This document shows, piece by piece, positions 30,731 through 39,933 of a stretch of DNA of 64,000 bases (position 1 is the first letter of the stretch; every line of letters starts with the position of its first letter). The notes under the pieces were generated by a model. The model saw only the letters and a list, made by a program, of their open reading frames with translations. It ran no database searches and was not told the DNA's origin. Both the position numbers and the translations under genes were made by a program. Origin of the DNA: Candidatus Cloacimonadales bacterium (GTDB taxonomy: Bacteria; Cloacimonadota; Cloacimonadia; Cloacimonadales; DAONDQ01); contig OY759316.1 of NCBI GenBank assembly GCA_963662275.1, positions 1,760,001-1,824,000 of the forward strand, read 5' to 3'.

Positions 30731-32188
30731 ATGTCAAAAATCATCAAGACTATCAACAAAGAAGTCAGAGCGAAGACAGCCAAGCGCTGTAAAGACCTCA
30801 AAGTCATTATCCCTACATTTGAACAGCTTCGTCATCCCGAAACAATCCCTGAATCCATTAAAAGCCAGTTACCCGGTGTGGGCTTCTGGGATGTGAATCC
30901 TCTCAACCTCTTCCGCATTACCTGGAAGAATGATGAAAAGACCGGTCTGTACGGTGACGTGAATGTCGTCGAGATTCCCTCTTCCATCTCCGGTGTGAAG
31001 GCACGTATCATCGGACTGGTAGGCAAGAACTTCCCCACAGGTGCACATAAAGTCGGTGCAGCGTTTGGATGCCTGGTACCACGTCTCATCTCCGGTGAAT
31101 TCGATCCCGAAGTGAACAAAGCCGTATGGCCTTCCACAGGCAATTACTGTCGTGGCGGTGCATTCGACTGTGCTCTGCTCGGTGTTTCCTCCATCGCTAT
31201 CCTTCCTGAAGAGATGTCACAGGAAAGATTCACTTGGCTGAGAGAGATCGGTGCAGAAGTTATAGCCACTCCGGGCAGTGAATCCAATGTGAAGGAAATC
31301 TATGACAAATGCTGGGAACTGAAGCAGGATTCAAAGAATATGATCTTTAACCAATTCGAAGAATTCGGCAATCCAATATGGCATTATAATGTAACCGGAC
31401 CAGCCATAGAAGAAGCTTTCCAGGCAATCAATAAAACGAATATGCGTTTAAGCGCTTACATTTCAGCAACGGGTTCAGCAGGAACCATCGCTGCCGGTGA
31501 TTACCTCAAAAATTCACATCCGCATATGAATACTGTGGCTGTGGAAGCACTGCAGTGCCCAACCATCCTTCAGAATGGCTTCGGTGCACATCGCATTGAA
31601 GGTATAGGCGACAAGCATATCCCGTGGGTGCATAATGTGAGAAATACAGATGCCGTTGCTGCTATCGATGATGAAGACTGCATGCGTATCATGCAGCTTT
31701 TCAATGAGAAAGCCGGACGTGACTTCCTCGAAGCAAAGGGCATCGACACTTCCAAGCTTCCATTATTGGGAATCTCCAGTATCTGTAACATGCTTGCTGC
31801 AATCAAAACTGCCAAGTATTATGAAATGGACGAGAATGACGTTATTTTCACTATTTTCACCGATTCCATGGAAATGTACGGCTCACGTATCAATGAGCAG
31901 GACGAAGCTAAGGGTGAATATACTAAGTGCAATGCAGCCATCGACATGGCTTCCTGCATTGCCCATCAAGGCATTGATAACTTCGCTGAATTGAACTACC
32001 GTGACCGCAAACGGGTGCATAACCTGAAGTATTTCACTTGGGTGGAACAGCAGGGCAAGACCTTTGAAGAGATCAATGAGCAGTGGGATCCTGAATATTG
32101 GCGTGCTCTTCTCGAAGATGAAGTGGCGTACTTCGACACTCTGATCAATGAATTCAATCAGATTGTCTCAGAAATTAAGAATAGATGA
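30731..32188 (+). CDS. PLP-dependent fold-type II enzyme (cysteine synthase-like), function unknown
   Basis: PTGAHKVGAA (PLP Lys), PSTGNY, NQF, ATGSAGT, HRIEGIG. Confidence 0.8.
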   Translation: MSKIIKTINKEVRAKTAKRCKDLKVIIPTFEQLRHPETIPESIKSQLPGVGFWDVNPLNLFRITWKNDEKTGLYGDVNVVEIPSSISGVKARIIGLVGKNFPTGAHKVGAAFGCLVPRLISGEFDPEVNKAVWPSTGNYCRGGAFDCALLGVSSIAILPEEMSQERFTWLREIGAEVIATPGSESNVKEIYDKCWELKQDSKNMIFNQFEEFGNPIWHYNVTGPAIEEAFQAINKTNMRLSAYISATGSAGTIAAGDYLKNSHPHMNTVAVEALQCPTILQNGFGAHRIEGIGDKHIPWVHNVRNTDAVAAIDDEDCMRIMQLFNEKAGRDFLEAKGIDTSKLPLLGISSICNMLAAIKTAKYYEMDENDVIFTIFTDSMEMYGSRINEQDEAKGEYTKCNAAIDMASCIAHQGIDNFAELNYRDRKRVHNLKYFTWVEQQGKTFEEINEQWDPEYWRALLEDEVAYFDTLINEFNQIVSEIKNR

Positions 32189-32192
32189 GAAT

Positions 32193-32816
32193 ACCGGTAG
32201 TGGTATCCTTCAGGTTACCGGTAAATAAGCGTAAGCTAAAGACAGCGCCTACCGACCGGTAGTGGTATCCTTCAGGTTACCGATAAACAAGCGTAAGCTA
32301 AAGACAGCGCCCACCGACCGGTAGTGGTATCCTTCAGGTTACCGGTAAATAAGCGTAAGCTGAAGACAGCGCCTACCGACCGGTAGTGTTATCCTTCAGG
32401 TTACCGATAAAACAAGCGCAAGCTGAAGACAGCGCCCACCGACCGGTAGTGGTATCCTTCAGGTTACCGATAAACAAGCGCAAGCTGAAGACAGCGCCCA
32501 CCGACCGGTAGTGGTATCCTTCAGGTTACCGATAAAACAAGCGTAAGCTAAAGACAGCGCCTACCGACCGGTAGTGTTATCCTTCAGGTTACCGATAAAA
32601 CAAGCGCAAGCTGAAGACAGCGCCCACCGACCGGTAGTGGTATCCTTCAGGTTACCGGTAAATAAGCGTAAGCTGAAGACAGCGCCTACCGACCGGTAGT
32701 GTTATCCTTCAGGTTACCGATAAAACAAGCGCAAGCTGAAGACAGCGCCCACCGACCGGTAGTGGTATCCTTCAGGTTACCGATAAACAAGCGTAAGCTA
32801 AAGACAGCGCCTACCG
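32193..32816. repeat. Tandem array of REP-doublet unit, 10 copies of 62-63 bp
   Basis: Unit starts 32193, 32255, 32317, 32379, 32442, 32504, 32567, 32630, 32692, 32755. Confidence 0.95.
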
Positions 32817-32837
32817 AAACAACAATAAAGGAACAAA

Positions 32838-33413
32838 ATGAAAAAGCTAAACGTTCTTATCCTCGCTGCAGGCGAAGGCACACGCATTGGAACACCCAAA
32901 TGGCGTCTGAAATGGGAGGGTGAACGTTTCATAGATATTCTGTTCAATCACCTGGAAGAAGCGAACCTGGCAGATATCTACACCCTCATGAGTGAAGAGG
33001 AAGCTCCTCAATTCATCAGAAACTATCCCAACAGGAAAGTGCTCATCAATCCCGATCCATCATTGGGCATGATCTCCTCTATCAAGATCGGGGTGGAACA
33101 AACTCCCCCTGCCGATTCCTACTTGATCGTTTTGGTAGATCATCCTTTCGTGAAGACTGCCACGTATGAAACCCTTGTCAATTCCTTCAAAAAATACGCA
33201 GGCTACCTGATCCAACCTGTGGTGAATACCAAGCCCGGACATCCCGTCATCGTTCCTCACCAGGTATTTGACAAAGGCTTCCCGGAAGACCTTGCAAATA
33301 GCAACCTGCATATGATGATCGTAAAGTCGAATATTCCTGTGATGAAGGTGGCGGTGAAGGACGAGGAGATCTTTAGGAACGTTAATGTTCCGGCAGATCT
33401 GAGAAGAGACTAG
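32838..33413 (+). CDS. MocA-like molybdenum cofactor nucleotidyltransferase
   Basis: LILAAGEGTRIG.PK, GMISSIKIG, LVDHP, GHPV; Mo-hydroxylase context. Confidence 0.8.
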   Translation: MKKLNVLILAAGEGTRIGTPKWRLKWEGERFIDILFNHLEEANLADIYTLMSEEEAPQFIRNYPNRKVLINPDPSLGMISSIKIGVEQTPPADSYLIVLVDHPFVKTATYETLVNSFKKYAGYLIQPVVNTKPGHPVIVPHQVFDKGFPEDLANSNLHMMIVKSNIPVMKVAVKDEEIFRNVNVPADLRRD

Positions 33414-33431
33414 TCTCTTGTCTCTTCTTCC

Positions 33432-34832
33432 CTAGTACAGCCGATAATTCAGATTGATATAAGAACTCAAATTCTCTAGTTGATAAACTGATGAATCTTT
33501 ATTATGAACATGATTTAAAGTACCTGACAATTTACAAGTGAGATCCATCCTGGAGCTAATCTGGTAAGTTGCTCCTAAACTCGTATTAAGATCAAACCTA
33601 GATGCTTCCGAAACAAATCCGTTATTGTACATAGACTTTTTAACTCTAGTCTGAATTTCTTCCATGTTATTAATTTGATATCGAGGTGAAACATTTAATG
33701 CAATTAAGCTACGGCAATCAGGATAACATGAGATTGTACAAGTTGCCTGTAAATCGGTAAACGGCTTCTTATGATCTTGAATAGTATCCACTTCATCATT
33801 ATCAGCAAAGAAATCAAACCAGCCTTGCTTGACACTCATTTCACGGCTAAGCTGGAAAATGTTGTTTAGAGGAAGTTCATCCCTGGCTACTAATTCCATT
33901 CCGCCTTCTGCATGATAGAAGTTATATATATTAGTATCATCCGGTTGATCTACATATTCATAGCGTCGATTATGTTTGTCATTGTAAAATGATAGGAAAG
34001 GTTTAACTTCAAAACGAGTCCCGGTTAAACGAGTTTCATTATTACCTCTTAGCCATAAATCCATCAGGATTGATGTGGCTTTCGTTTCAGAGCTACTGTT
34101 TACGTAATCTTTTGATTTTAAGTCATCTAAGAGCAGTGTTGATTTCCTGACAAAGATTGCTCGAGGATCTATCATGTGAATTGATCTGAGTTGATACAGC
34201 ACTAAAGCCAGTTCATCTATATCCTGGTCAGTGAATTGCCTGCTTAAACAGCCATTTTTTCCTAATTCATTGAAAAAGTACCAGGATAAATATGATTCCT
34301 GGCATTCATATAGCCTGCCATAACCGAATGTGCCTGCTATTTGATTTACAAAGTCCCAATCTCTTTGATGAGAATTATGAGAATTAATGGAATAATAACT
34401 TTCTTGATCGCTATCGTTTTTATTCATCTCACAAGTATTAGTAAATTCAAATCCTGCAAATAAATCATTTTTGTATGATTTGTATTCAATCTTATTATTA
34501 GAGGACAGTTGCTCATTCCATCCCCGATTACTATGATATGAAGAAGAGTGTGGGTAGTCGTTCCTCGAAGTATTATACGATGCTGCCTCGTAAGAGTTTA
34601 TTAATAAATCAAATTTCGGTTTGCTGATATTCAATGACCCATCGATAGAAATCCTGTTATTAAAACTAAAATTATCACGAGAACTCAAAAAATTCTGATA
34701 AGATGTGTTATTATTTAAACGAGGAGTAAGATAATAATCTACCAAGTCTGTGTGTTTAAAATTACCAATATTGTAACCGCATAAAGCTGTATTTAATGCA
34801 CACATGATGATAAGAAACGGGATGTTCTTCAT
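33432..34832 (-). CDS. Hypothetical secreted, probable outer-membrane beta-barrel protein
   Basis: Signal-like N-terminus after AAGGAG; Asn/Tyr-rich alternating strands; C-terminal YINLNYRLY beta-signal-like end. Confidence 0.6.
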   Translation of the reverse strand: MKNIPFLIIMCALNTALCGYNIGNFKHTDLVDYYLTPRLNNNTSYQNFLSSRDNFSFNNRISIDGSLNISKPKFDLLINSYEAASYNTSRNDYPHSSSYHSNRGWNEQLSSNNKIEYKSYKNDLFAGFEFTNTCEMNKNDSDQESYYSINSHNSHQRDWDFVNQIAGTFGYGRLYECQESYLSWYFFNELGKNGCLSRQFTDQDIDELALVLYQLRSIHMIDPRAIFVRKSTLLLDDLKSKDYVNSSSETKATSILMDLWLRGNNETRLTGTRFEVKPFLSFYNDKHNRRYEYVDQPDDTNIYNFYHAEGGMELVARDELPLNNIFQLSREMSVKQGWFDFFADNDEVDTIQDHKKPFTDLQATCTISCYPDCRSLIALNVSPRYQINNMEEIQTRVKKSMYNNGFVSEASRFDLNTSLGATYQISSRMDLTCKLSGTLNHVHNKDSSVYQLENLSSYINLNYRLY

Positions 34833-35283
34833 GAATTTCTCCTTAGCATTCAATACTTGGAACTTGTACTATAGATTAACAGATGTACATTAGCAAATTA
34901 ATACATAAGTGTCATCGTTATTCTTATAGTTATTTAAATTGATAATATTTTTTTTCAGACTGTCATTAGTGTCAAGAAAATACAATATGGAATTTGATCC
35001 AGGACAGCAAAGTTTTATCAGTAGCATTACGTGTGTAAATCAGAGAGAATATAATATCAGCTAGTTACTAGAAAAAAATAGACAAATTATACAGGTGTGT
35101 AAAACTACAGTCAGTTTGTCTGATGATGTATAATCTATATGTCGAAGTTTGAAAGAAAGACTTCGCTATGTAGCACCCGTTTCAGAAGAATGGAAAATCC
35201 TGTGTGTTTATCTTCTGTTCTGCAGTCCATCGGACATTACTCTGATAGCCCAGGAATATATTCTTGGTTATGTTGAAAGATAT

Positions 35284-36718
35284 CCGGTAGTGGTATCCTT
35301 CAGGTTACCTTACAAGCGCAAGCTAAAGACAGCGTCCACCGGTAGTGGTATCCTTCAGGTTACCTTACAAGCGCAAGCTAAAGACAGCGTCCACCGGTAG
35401 TGGTATCCTTCAGGTTACCTTACAAGCGCAAGCTAAAGACAGCGCCTACCGGTAGTGGTATCCTTCAGGTTACCTTACAAGCGCAATCTAAAGACAGCGC
35501 CCACCGGTAGTGGTATCCTTCAGGTTACCTTACAAGCGCAAGCTAAAGACAGCGTCCACCGGTAGTGGTATCCTTCAGGTTACCGTACAAGCGCAATCTA
35601 AAGACAGCGCCCACCGGTAGTGGTATCCTTCAGGTTACCTTACAAGCGCAAGCTAAAGACAGCGTCCACCGGTAGTGGTATCCTTCAGGTTACCGTACAA
35701 GCGCAAGCTAAAGACAGCGCCCACCGGTAGTGATATCCTTCAGGTTACCTTACAAGCGCAAGCTAAAGACAGCGCCCACCGGTAGTGGTATCCTTCAGGT
35801 TACCGTACAAGCGCAAGCTAAAGACAGCGTCCACCGGTAGTGGTATCCTTCAGGTTACCTTACAAGCGCAATCTAAAGACAGCGCCCACCGGTAGTGGTA
35901 TCCTTCAGGTTACCTTACAAGCGCAAGCTAAAGACAGCGCCTACCGGTAGTGGTATCCTTCAGGTTACCTTACAAGCGCAAGCTAAAGACAGCGCCTACC
36001 GGTAGTGGTATCCTTCAGGTTACCTTACAAGCGCAAGCTAAAGACAGCGCTTACCGGTAGTGGTATCCTTTAGGTTACCTTACAAGCGCAAGCTAAAGAC
36101 AGCGCCCACCGGTAGTGGTATCCTTCAGGTTACCTTACAAGCGCAAGCTAAAGACAGCGCCCACCGGTAGTGGTATCCTTCAGGTTACCTTACAAGCGCA
36201 AGCTAAAGACAGCGCCTACCGGTAGTGGTATCCTTCAGGTTACCTTACAAGCGCAAGCTAAAGACAGCGCCCACCGGTAGTGGTATCCTTCAGGTTACCT
36301 TACAAGCGCAAGCTAAAGACAGCGCCTACCGGTAGTGGTATCCTTCAGGTTACCTTACAAGCGCAAGCTAAAGACAGCGCTTACCGGTAGTGGTATCCTT
36401 TAGGTTACCGTACAAGCGCAAGCTAAAGACAGCGCCCACCGGTAGTGGTATCCTTCAGGTTACCTTACAAGCGCAAGCTAAAGACAGCGCCTACCGGTAG
36501 TGGTATCCTTCAGGTTACCGTACAAGCGCAAGCTAAAGACAGCGCTTACCGGTAGTGGTATCCTTTAGGTTACCGTACAAGCGCAAGCTAAAGACAGCGC
36601 CCACCGGTAGTGGTATCCTTCAGGTTACCTTACAAGCGCAAGCTAAAGACAGCGCCCACCGGTAGTGGTATCCTTTAGGTTACCGTTAAACATGCGCAAG
36701 CTAAAGACAGCGCCTACC
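35284..36718. repeat. Tandem array of REP-doublet unit, 26 copies (55-bp period; last copy 60 bp)
   Basis: Consensus CCGGTAGTGGTATCCTTCAGGTTACCTTACAAGCGCAAGCTAAAGACAGCGCCCA; first start 35284, last start 36659. Confidence 0.95.
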
Positions 36719-36731
36719 AACGGAGTTAATC

Positions 36732-37505
36732 ATGAACATCGCCTTCATCAACGAAATGAAAAAAGTCATAGAAGCCAACACCCCTGCCTGGCTGCTCACC
36801 GTCACAGCTTCTGAAGGCTCCACACCCGGCAAACCGGGTATTAAGATGATCTTAAGAGCTGATGGCACATTCATCGGCACCATCGGTGGCGGTAATATCG
36901 AAAAGATAGCCATGCAGCGTGTTTTGGAAGAAAAGCCGACTTTCCCCCAGAAATGGAATTACGACCTCTCTGGAGAGGAGCTTCTGCTTCCTACAGGCAT
37001 GATTTGTGGCGGTTCACAGGAGATATTTGTGGAACCTCTCTTTGCAGCACAATCCCTCTATATCCTCGGCGGTGGACATTGCGGTATCGCCCTTTCCGAA
37101 CTGGCTGCGAAATGCGGATTCCATGTCACGGTCATCGACGATAGGGAAGAGTGGGCTGCCAAAGAAAAGCATCCCTACGCTGCCAGTGTCGTCTGTATCG
37201 ATTACGAGAGGGCAGGAGATATGGTGCAGGATGGAAGCTATGTCGTCATCATGACTCATGGGCATAAGCACGACGGCATGGTCTTACGCCAATTCCTAAG
37301 GCGTGAAATGAAGTATGTCGGCATGATCGGCAGCAAAACAAAGGTTGCAGCCACCTATGCGAAGATCATGGAAGAATGCTACACCGAAGCTGAACTTGCC
37401 AAAGTCTATGCACCAATAGGCTATCCAATAGGATCTCAAACTCCAGAGGAAATAGCAGTATCTGTTATGGCACAGTTGATAGCAGTCAAATACGGAAAAT
37501 TATAA
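36732..37505 (+). CDS. xdhC: XdhC/CoxI-family Mo-hydroxylase maturation factor
   Basis: GSTPGKPG.KM, GTIGGG, GMICGG, GGGHCG, DDR, MTHGH..D, GMIGS, TPEEIAVS. Confidence 0.9.
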   Translation: MNIAFINEMKKVIEANTPAWLLTVTASEGSTPGKPGIKMILRADGTFIGTIGGGNIEKIAMQRVLEEKPTFPQKWNYDLSGEELLLPTGMICGGSQEIFVEPLFAAQSLYILGGGHCGIALSELAAKCGFHVTVIDDREEWAAKEKHPYAASVVCIDYERAGDMVQDGSYVVIMTHGHKHDGMVLRQFLRREMKYVGMIGSKTKVAATYAKIMEECYTEAELAKVYAPIGYPIGSQTPEEIAVSVMAQLIAVKYGKL

Positions 37506-37547
37506 CCACGAAACAGTCGAAAAACACGAAAGCAGAAATATTACAAC

Positions 37548-37641
37548 GTAGGGGTTTGCGGAAGTAAACCCATTCCATAACCAAGATAGTTCCATAACCA
37601 AGATAGACTAAGTAGATGGGTTTACTGCCGCAAACCCCTAC
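37548..37641. repeat. Inverted GTAG REP-like pair (family B) enclosing a 17-bp tandem duplication
   Basis: GTAGGGGTTTGCGGAAGTAAACCCA and its reverse complement (1 mismatch); TTCCATAACCAAGATAG x2 between them. Confidence 0.85.
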
Positions 37642-37669
37642 TCTTCAATCTTAAATTCCGACTCTTCTT

Positions 37670-37813
37670 CTATTCCCTGTACGCTGTACGCTGTACGCTG
37701 TACGCTGTTACCTGTAAGCTTCTGCAAGATCTTGGAATTCCTAAATGATGAAACTTCCAACCCCATTGAGCTATTGCTTCCGGTAACTCATGATCTTGTC
37801 TGGTATTCTTCAT
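37670..37813 (-). pseudogene. Truncated gene: N-terminus resembling a VOC/glyoxalase-like protein running into a heptamer tract
   Basis: Manual translation MKNTRQDHELPEAIAQWGWKFHHLGIP, then repeat-derived TAYSVQRTAYRE*; family recognised from the W.FHHLGIP pattern only. Confidence 0.45.
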
Positions 37814-37999
37814 CTTCCTACTCTTCTCTTTTCTGAACTATTCTCTAGTCTCTAGCCTCTTCTGCTAGTTCTTCTCTGCAATCTTACATTATCCTACTCC
37901 ACACAAAGCAAACATAGGATCGGAATGAAATGTCATGAAGATAGTTTTCTTGACATGCAAAAATGGCAATTTATTTTGAAAAAATACATTGGAGGTTTT

Positions 38000-38590
38000 A
38001 TGAAAGCAATGCCATTGGAAAATAAAAGGATGCTGTTATTATACATTCAAATCTATGATATTGAGCCTCCAATCTATCGTAGACTATTGATTCGGAATAG
38101 CGTAACATTCATGAAGTTGCATAATATGATTCAATTGTCATTCGGATGGAAGGATTATCATTTTTTCGCGTTTGATCTGAATGGAATTGAAATCATAATC
38201 CCTGACCCAGATGTTTCTAAACAAAGACAGATAGGTCTTGATCCTCGTACAGTAAGACTCGGAGACTATCTCCAGGAAGTGAATGAAGAATTTACATATA
38301 CCTATGATTTTGGAGATGATTGGATTCATTCCATTAAAGTAGAGCAAATCCTCCCCTTCAATCCGAATCTTAAAGCTCCTATATGCCTGGAAGGGAAAAG
38401 GGCTGCTCCCCCGGAAGATTCGCATGGACCACATTACTATCCTGAAATCCTGAATGCAGTGAAAAAGAAGAAAGGCGAATTGTATGAGTGGATCAAAGAG
38501 ACGAATCAAGGTAGGGACTTCGATCCTGAGGATTTCAGAATTGAGACTGTAAATGGATTAATGAGCACTTCACCATATTCGGACAAATAG
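38000..38590 (+). CDS. Plasmid pRiA4b ORF-3 family protein
   Basis: PPIYRRL, LHNMIQ..FGW.DYH, YTYDFGDDWIH, CLEGKRAAPPED; ATG after GGAGG. Confidence 0.9.
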   Translation: MKAMPLENKRMLLLYIQIYDIEPPIYRRLLIRNSVTFMKLHNMIQLSFGWKDYHFFAFDLNGIEIIIPDPDVSKQRQIGLDPRTVRLGDYLQEVNEEFTYTYDFGDDWIHSIKVEQILPFNPNLKAPICLEGKRAAPPEDSHGPHYYPEILNAVKKKKGELYEWIKETNQGRDFDPEDFRIETVNGLMSTSPYSDK

Positions 38591-38964
38591 CAGAAGGTGA
38601 CAGCGTACAACCGTAGCATAATTTGGTAAATTGTTGTATTCGATAATGGTATTGTCGAATTCCGCATAGATCGTGGATTGCCAATCCCCTCGAACAACTG
38701 AGTACCACATTATGTTACACGGGTAAGAGCAAACCGGACTTCACTGCTTAGTAGCTGATATCGAATAATAGTGAAACCCTTTAATGGGTTCGAAGAGTGG
38801 ACGAGTAAAACATGCTGAAGAGACCAGAGCCCTAGCAAATAAATAACTATACATTAATTTAACCTATCTTATACTGACAAAAGACATAGAAGAACTAAAA
38901 ACTAATAAATAATAACTAAAAGTTGCAGACAGAAAAGACCAACGCTACACACAAGGAGGAAGTA

Positions 38965-39330
38965 ATGAAACACGTACTGATTCTACTGGCTATGATGATC
39001 GTTTTATGGGGTTGTGCCCAGAAACCTGTTGATGAAAGCAAATTCCCTGGAACTGCAGAATACATCCAGGCATATGCAAACGAGAATATTAGCCCCGATT
39101 GGTTTGGTAAAAACAAGCCTACGGGCAAAATCGAAGTGACAGAGGTTCAGGTTCTTAAAATATTACCTTCGAAAGATAACGAAAATTCTGCACTCGTGAC
39201 AGTTACGCTGAAAGGGGACGCTACAAACGCAGAAGACGGGACGAGTAAGAAATTCAGTCTCAGGAAAGATTTCAACGTTACACAGAATGCAAACGGGTAT
39301 TCCGTGAGATCACTGAGCGCTGTGAATTGA
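38965..39330 (+). CDS. Hypothetical lipoprotein (paralog of 56565-56951)
   Basis: AAGGAGG RBS; lipobox LWGC. Confidence 0.8.
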   Translation: MKHVLILLAMMIVLWGCAQKPVDESKFPGTAEYIQAYANENISPDWFGKNKPTGKIEVTEVQVLKILPSKDNENSALVTVTLKGDATNAEDGTSKKFSLRKDFNVTQNANGYSVRSLSAVN

Positions 39331-39573
39331 GGCAGAAGCGTACAGCGTACAGCGTACAGCGTACAGGGCAGAGGTTGCAGAATTTAAGATTGAAGATAGA
39401 AAATTGAAGATTGTGCAGAGAGCAGAGGAGCGCTTCACCCCGTGTGTTTAAATGTTCATTCTTATGAACCGCCAATGAACGAAAAATCTGAATCCAGCCT
39501 CAAAAACACACGGATCACGATGCCACAATCATATGCCAAAATCCACTATGAAACCGCCTATATACTACTAATT

Positions 39574-39630
39574 TCAATCCTGTATCAATCCTGTTTCAAT
39601 CCTATATCAATCCTGTTTCATTCCTGTTTC
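39574..39630. repeat. 11-bp tandem repeat TCAATCCTGTW x5
   Basis: tcaatcctgta tcaatcctgtt tcaatcctata tcaatcctgtt tcattcctgtt. Confidence 0.8.
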
Positions 39631-39839
39631 GTGAAACAGGAAAGAGATTGGTATGGAATTAGTTTGATATTGGTTTTGACTTGGATAAATATTGGTATCA
39701 TGTATGCTGTATATGAAGTGACGTTGGAGTATGGATAATTGCGGTTAATGGCGAATTGTGGTTGAAGATATGTTGTCCTGCCACAAGAAAACCCGTTGAA
39801 GTGGGTGCTAGTGATAGCAAGAACGAAGTTCTACTCAGC

Positions 39840-39915
39840 AACCGCGTAAATGCGGAGCTACGGGACAACCGGCTAAACCCGGAGCTACAGGACAACCGCG
39901 TGAATGCGGAGCTAC
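39840..39915 (-). repeat. Three tandem GTAG REP-like palindromes (family C), 27-bp period
   Basis: Reverse strand reads GTAGCTCCGCATTCACGCGGTT and two variants. Confidence 0.8.
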
Positions 39916-39933
39916 GATTTGTAATATTATATT

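Noticed and set aside
13373..32188. Selenocysteine recoding in the Se-linked cluster
   Set aside because: All ORFs are full length without an in-frame TGA
32699..35400. ORFs 32699-32923 and 35149-35400 (also 47373-47591 and 39698-40029)
   Set aside because: Largely translations of repeat units, such as VVSFRLP.KRKLKTA
35284..36718. CRISPR array (also the arrays at 29169 and 32193)
   Set aside because: No unique spacers; whole units repeat with only point variants; no cas genes in the window
38600..38860. Possible riboswitch or hammerhead upstream of the lipoprotein (GCAAACC, CTGAAGAG fragments)
   Set aside because: Could not build the required stems by eye; an Rfam scan would be needed
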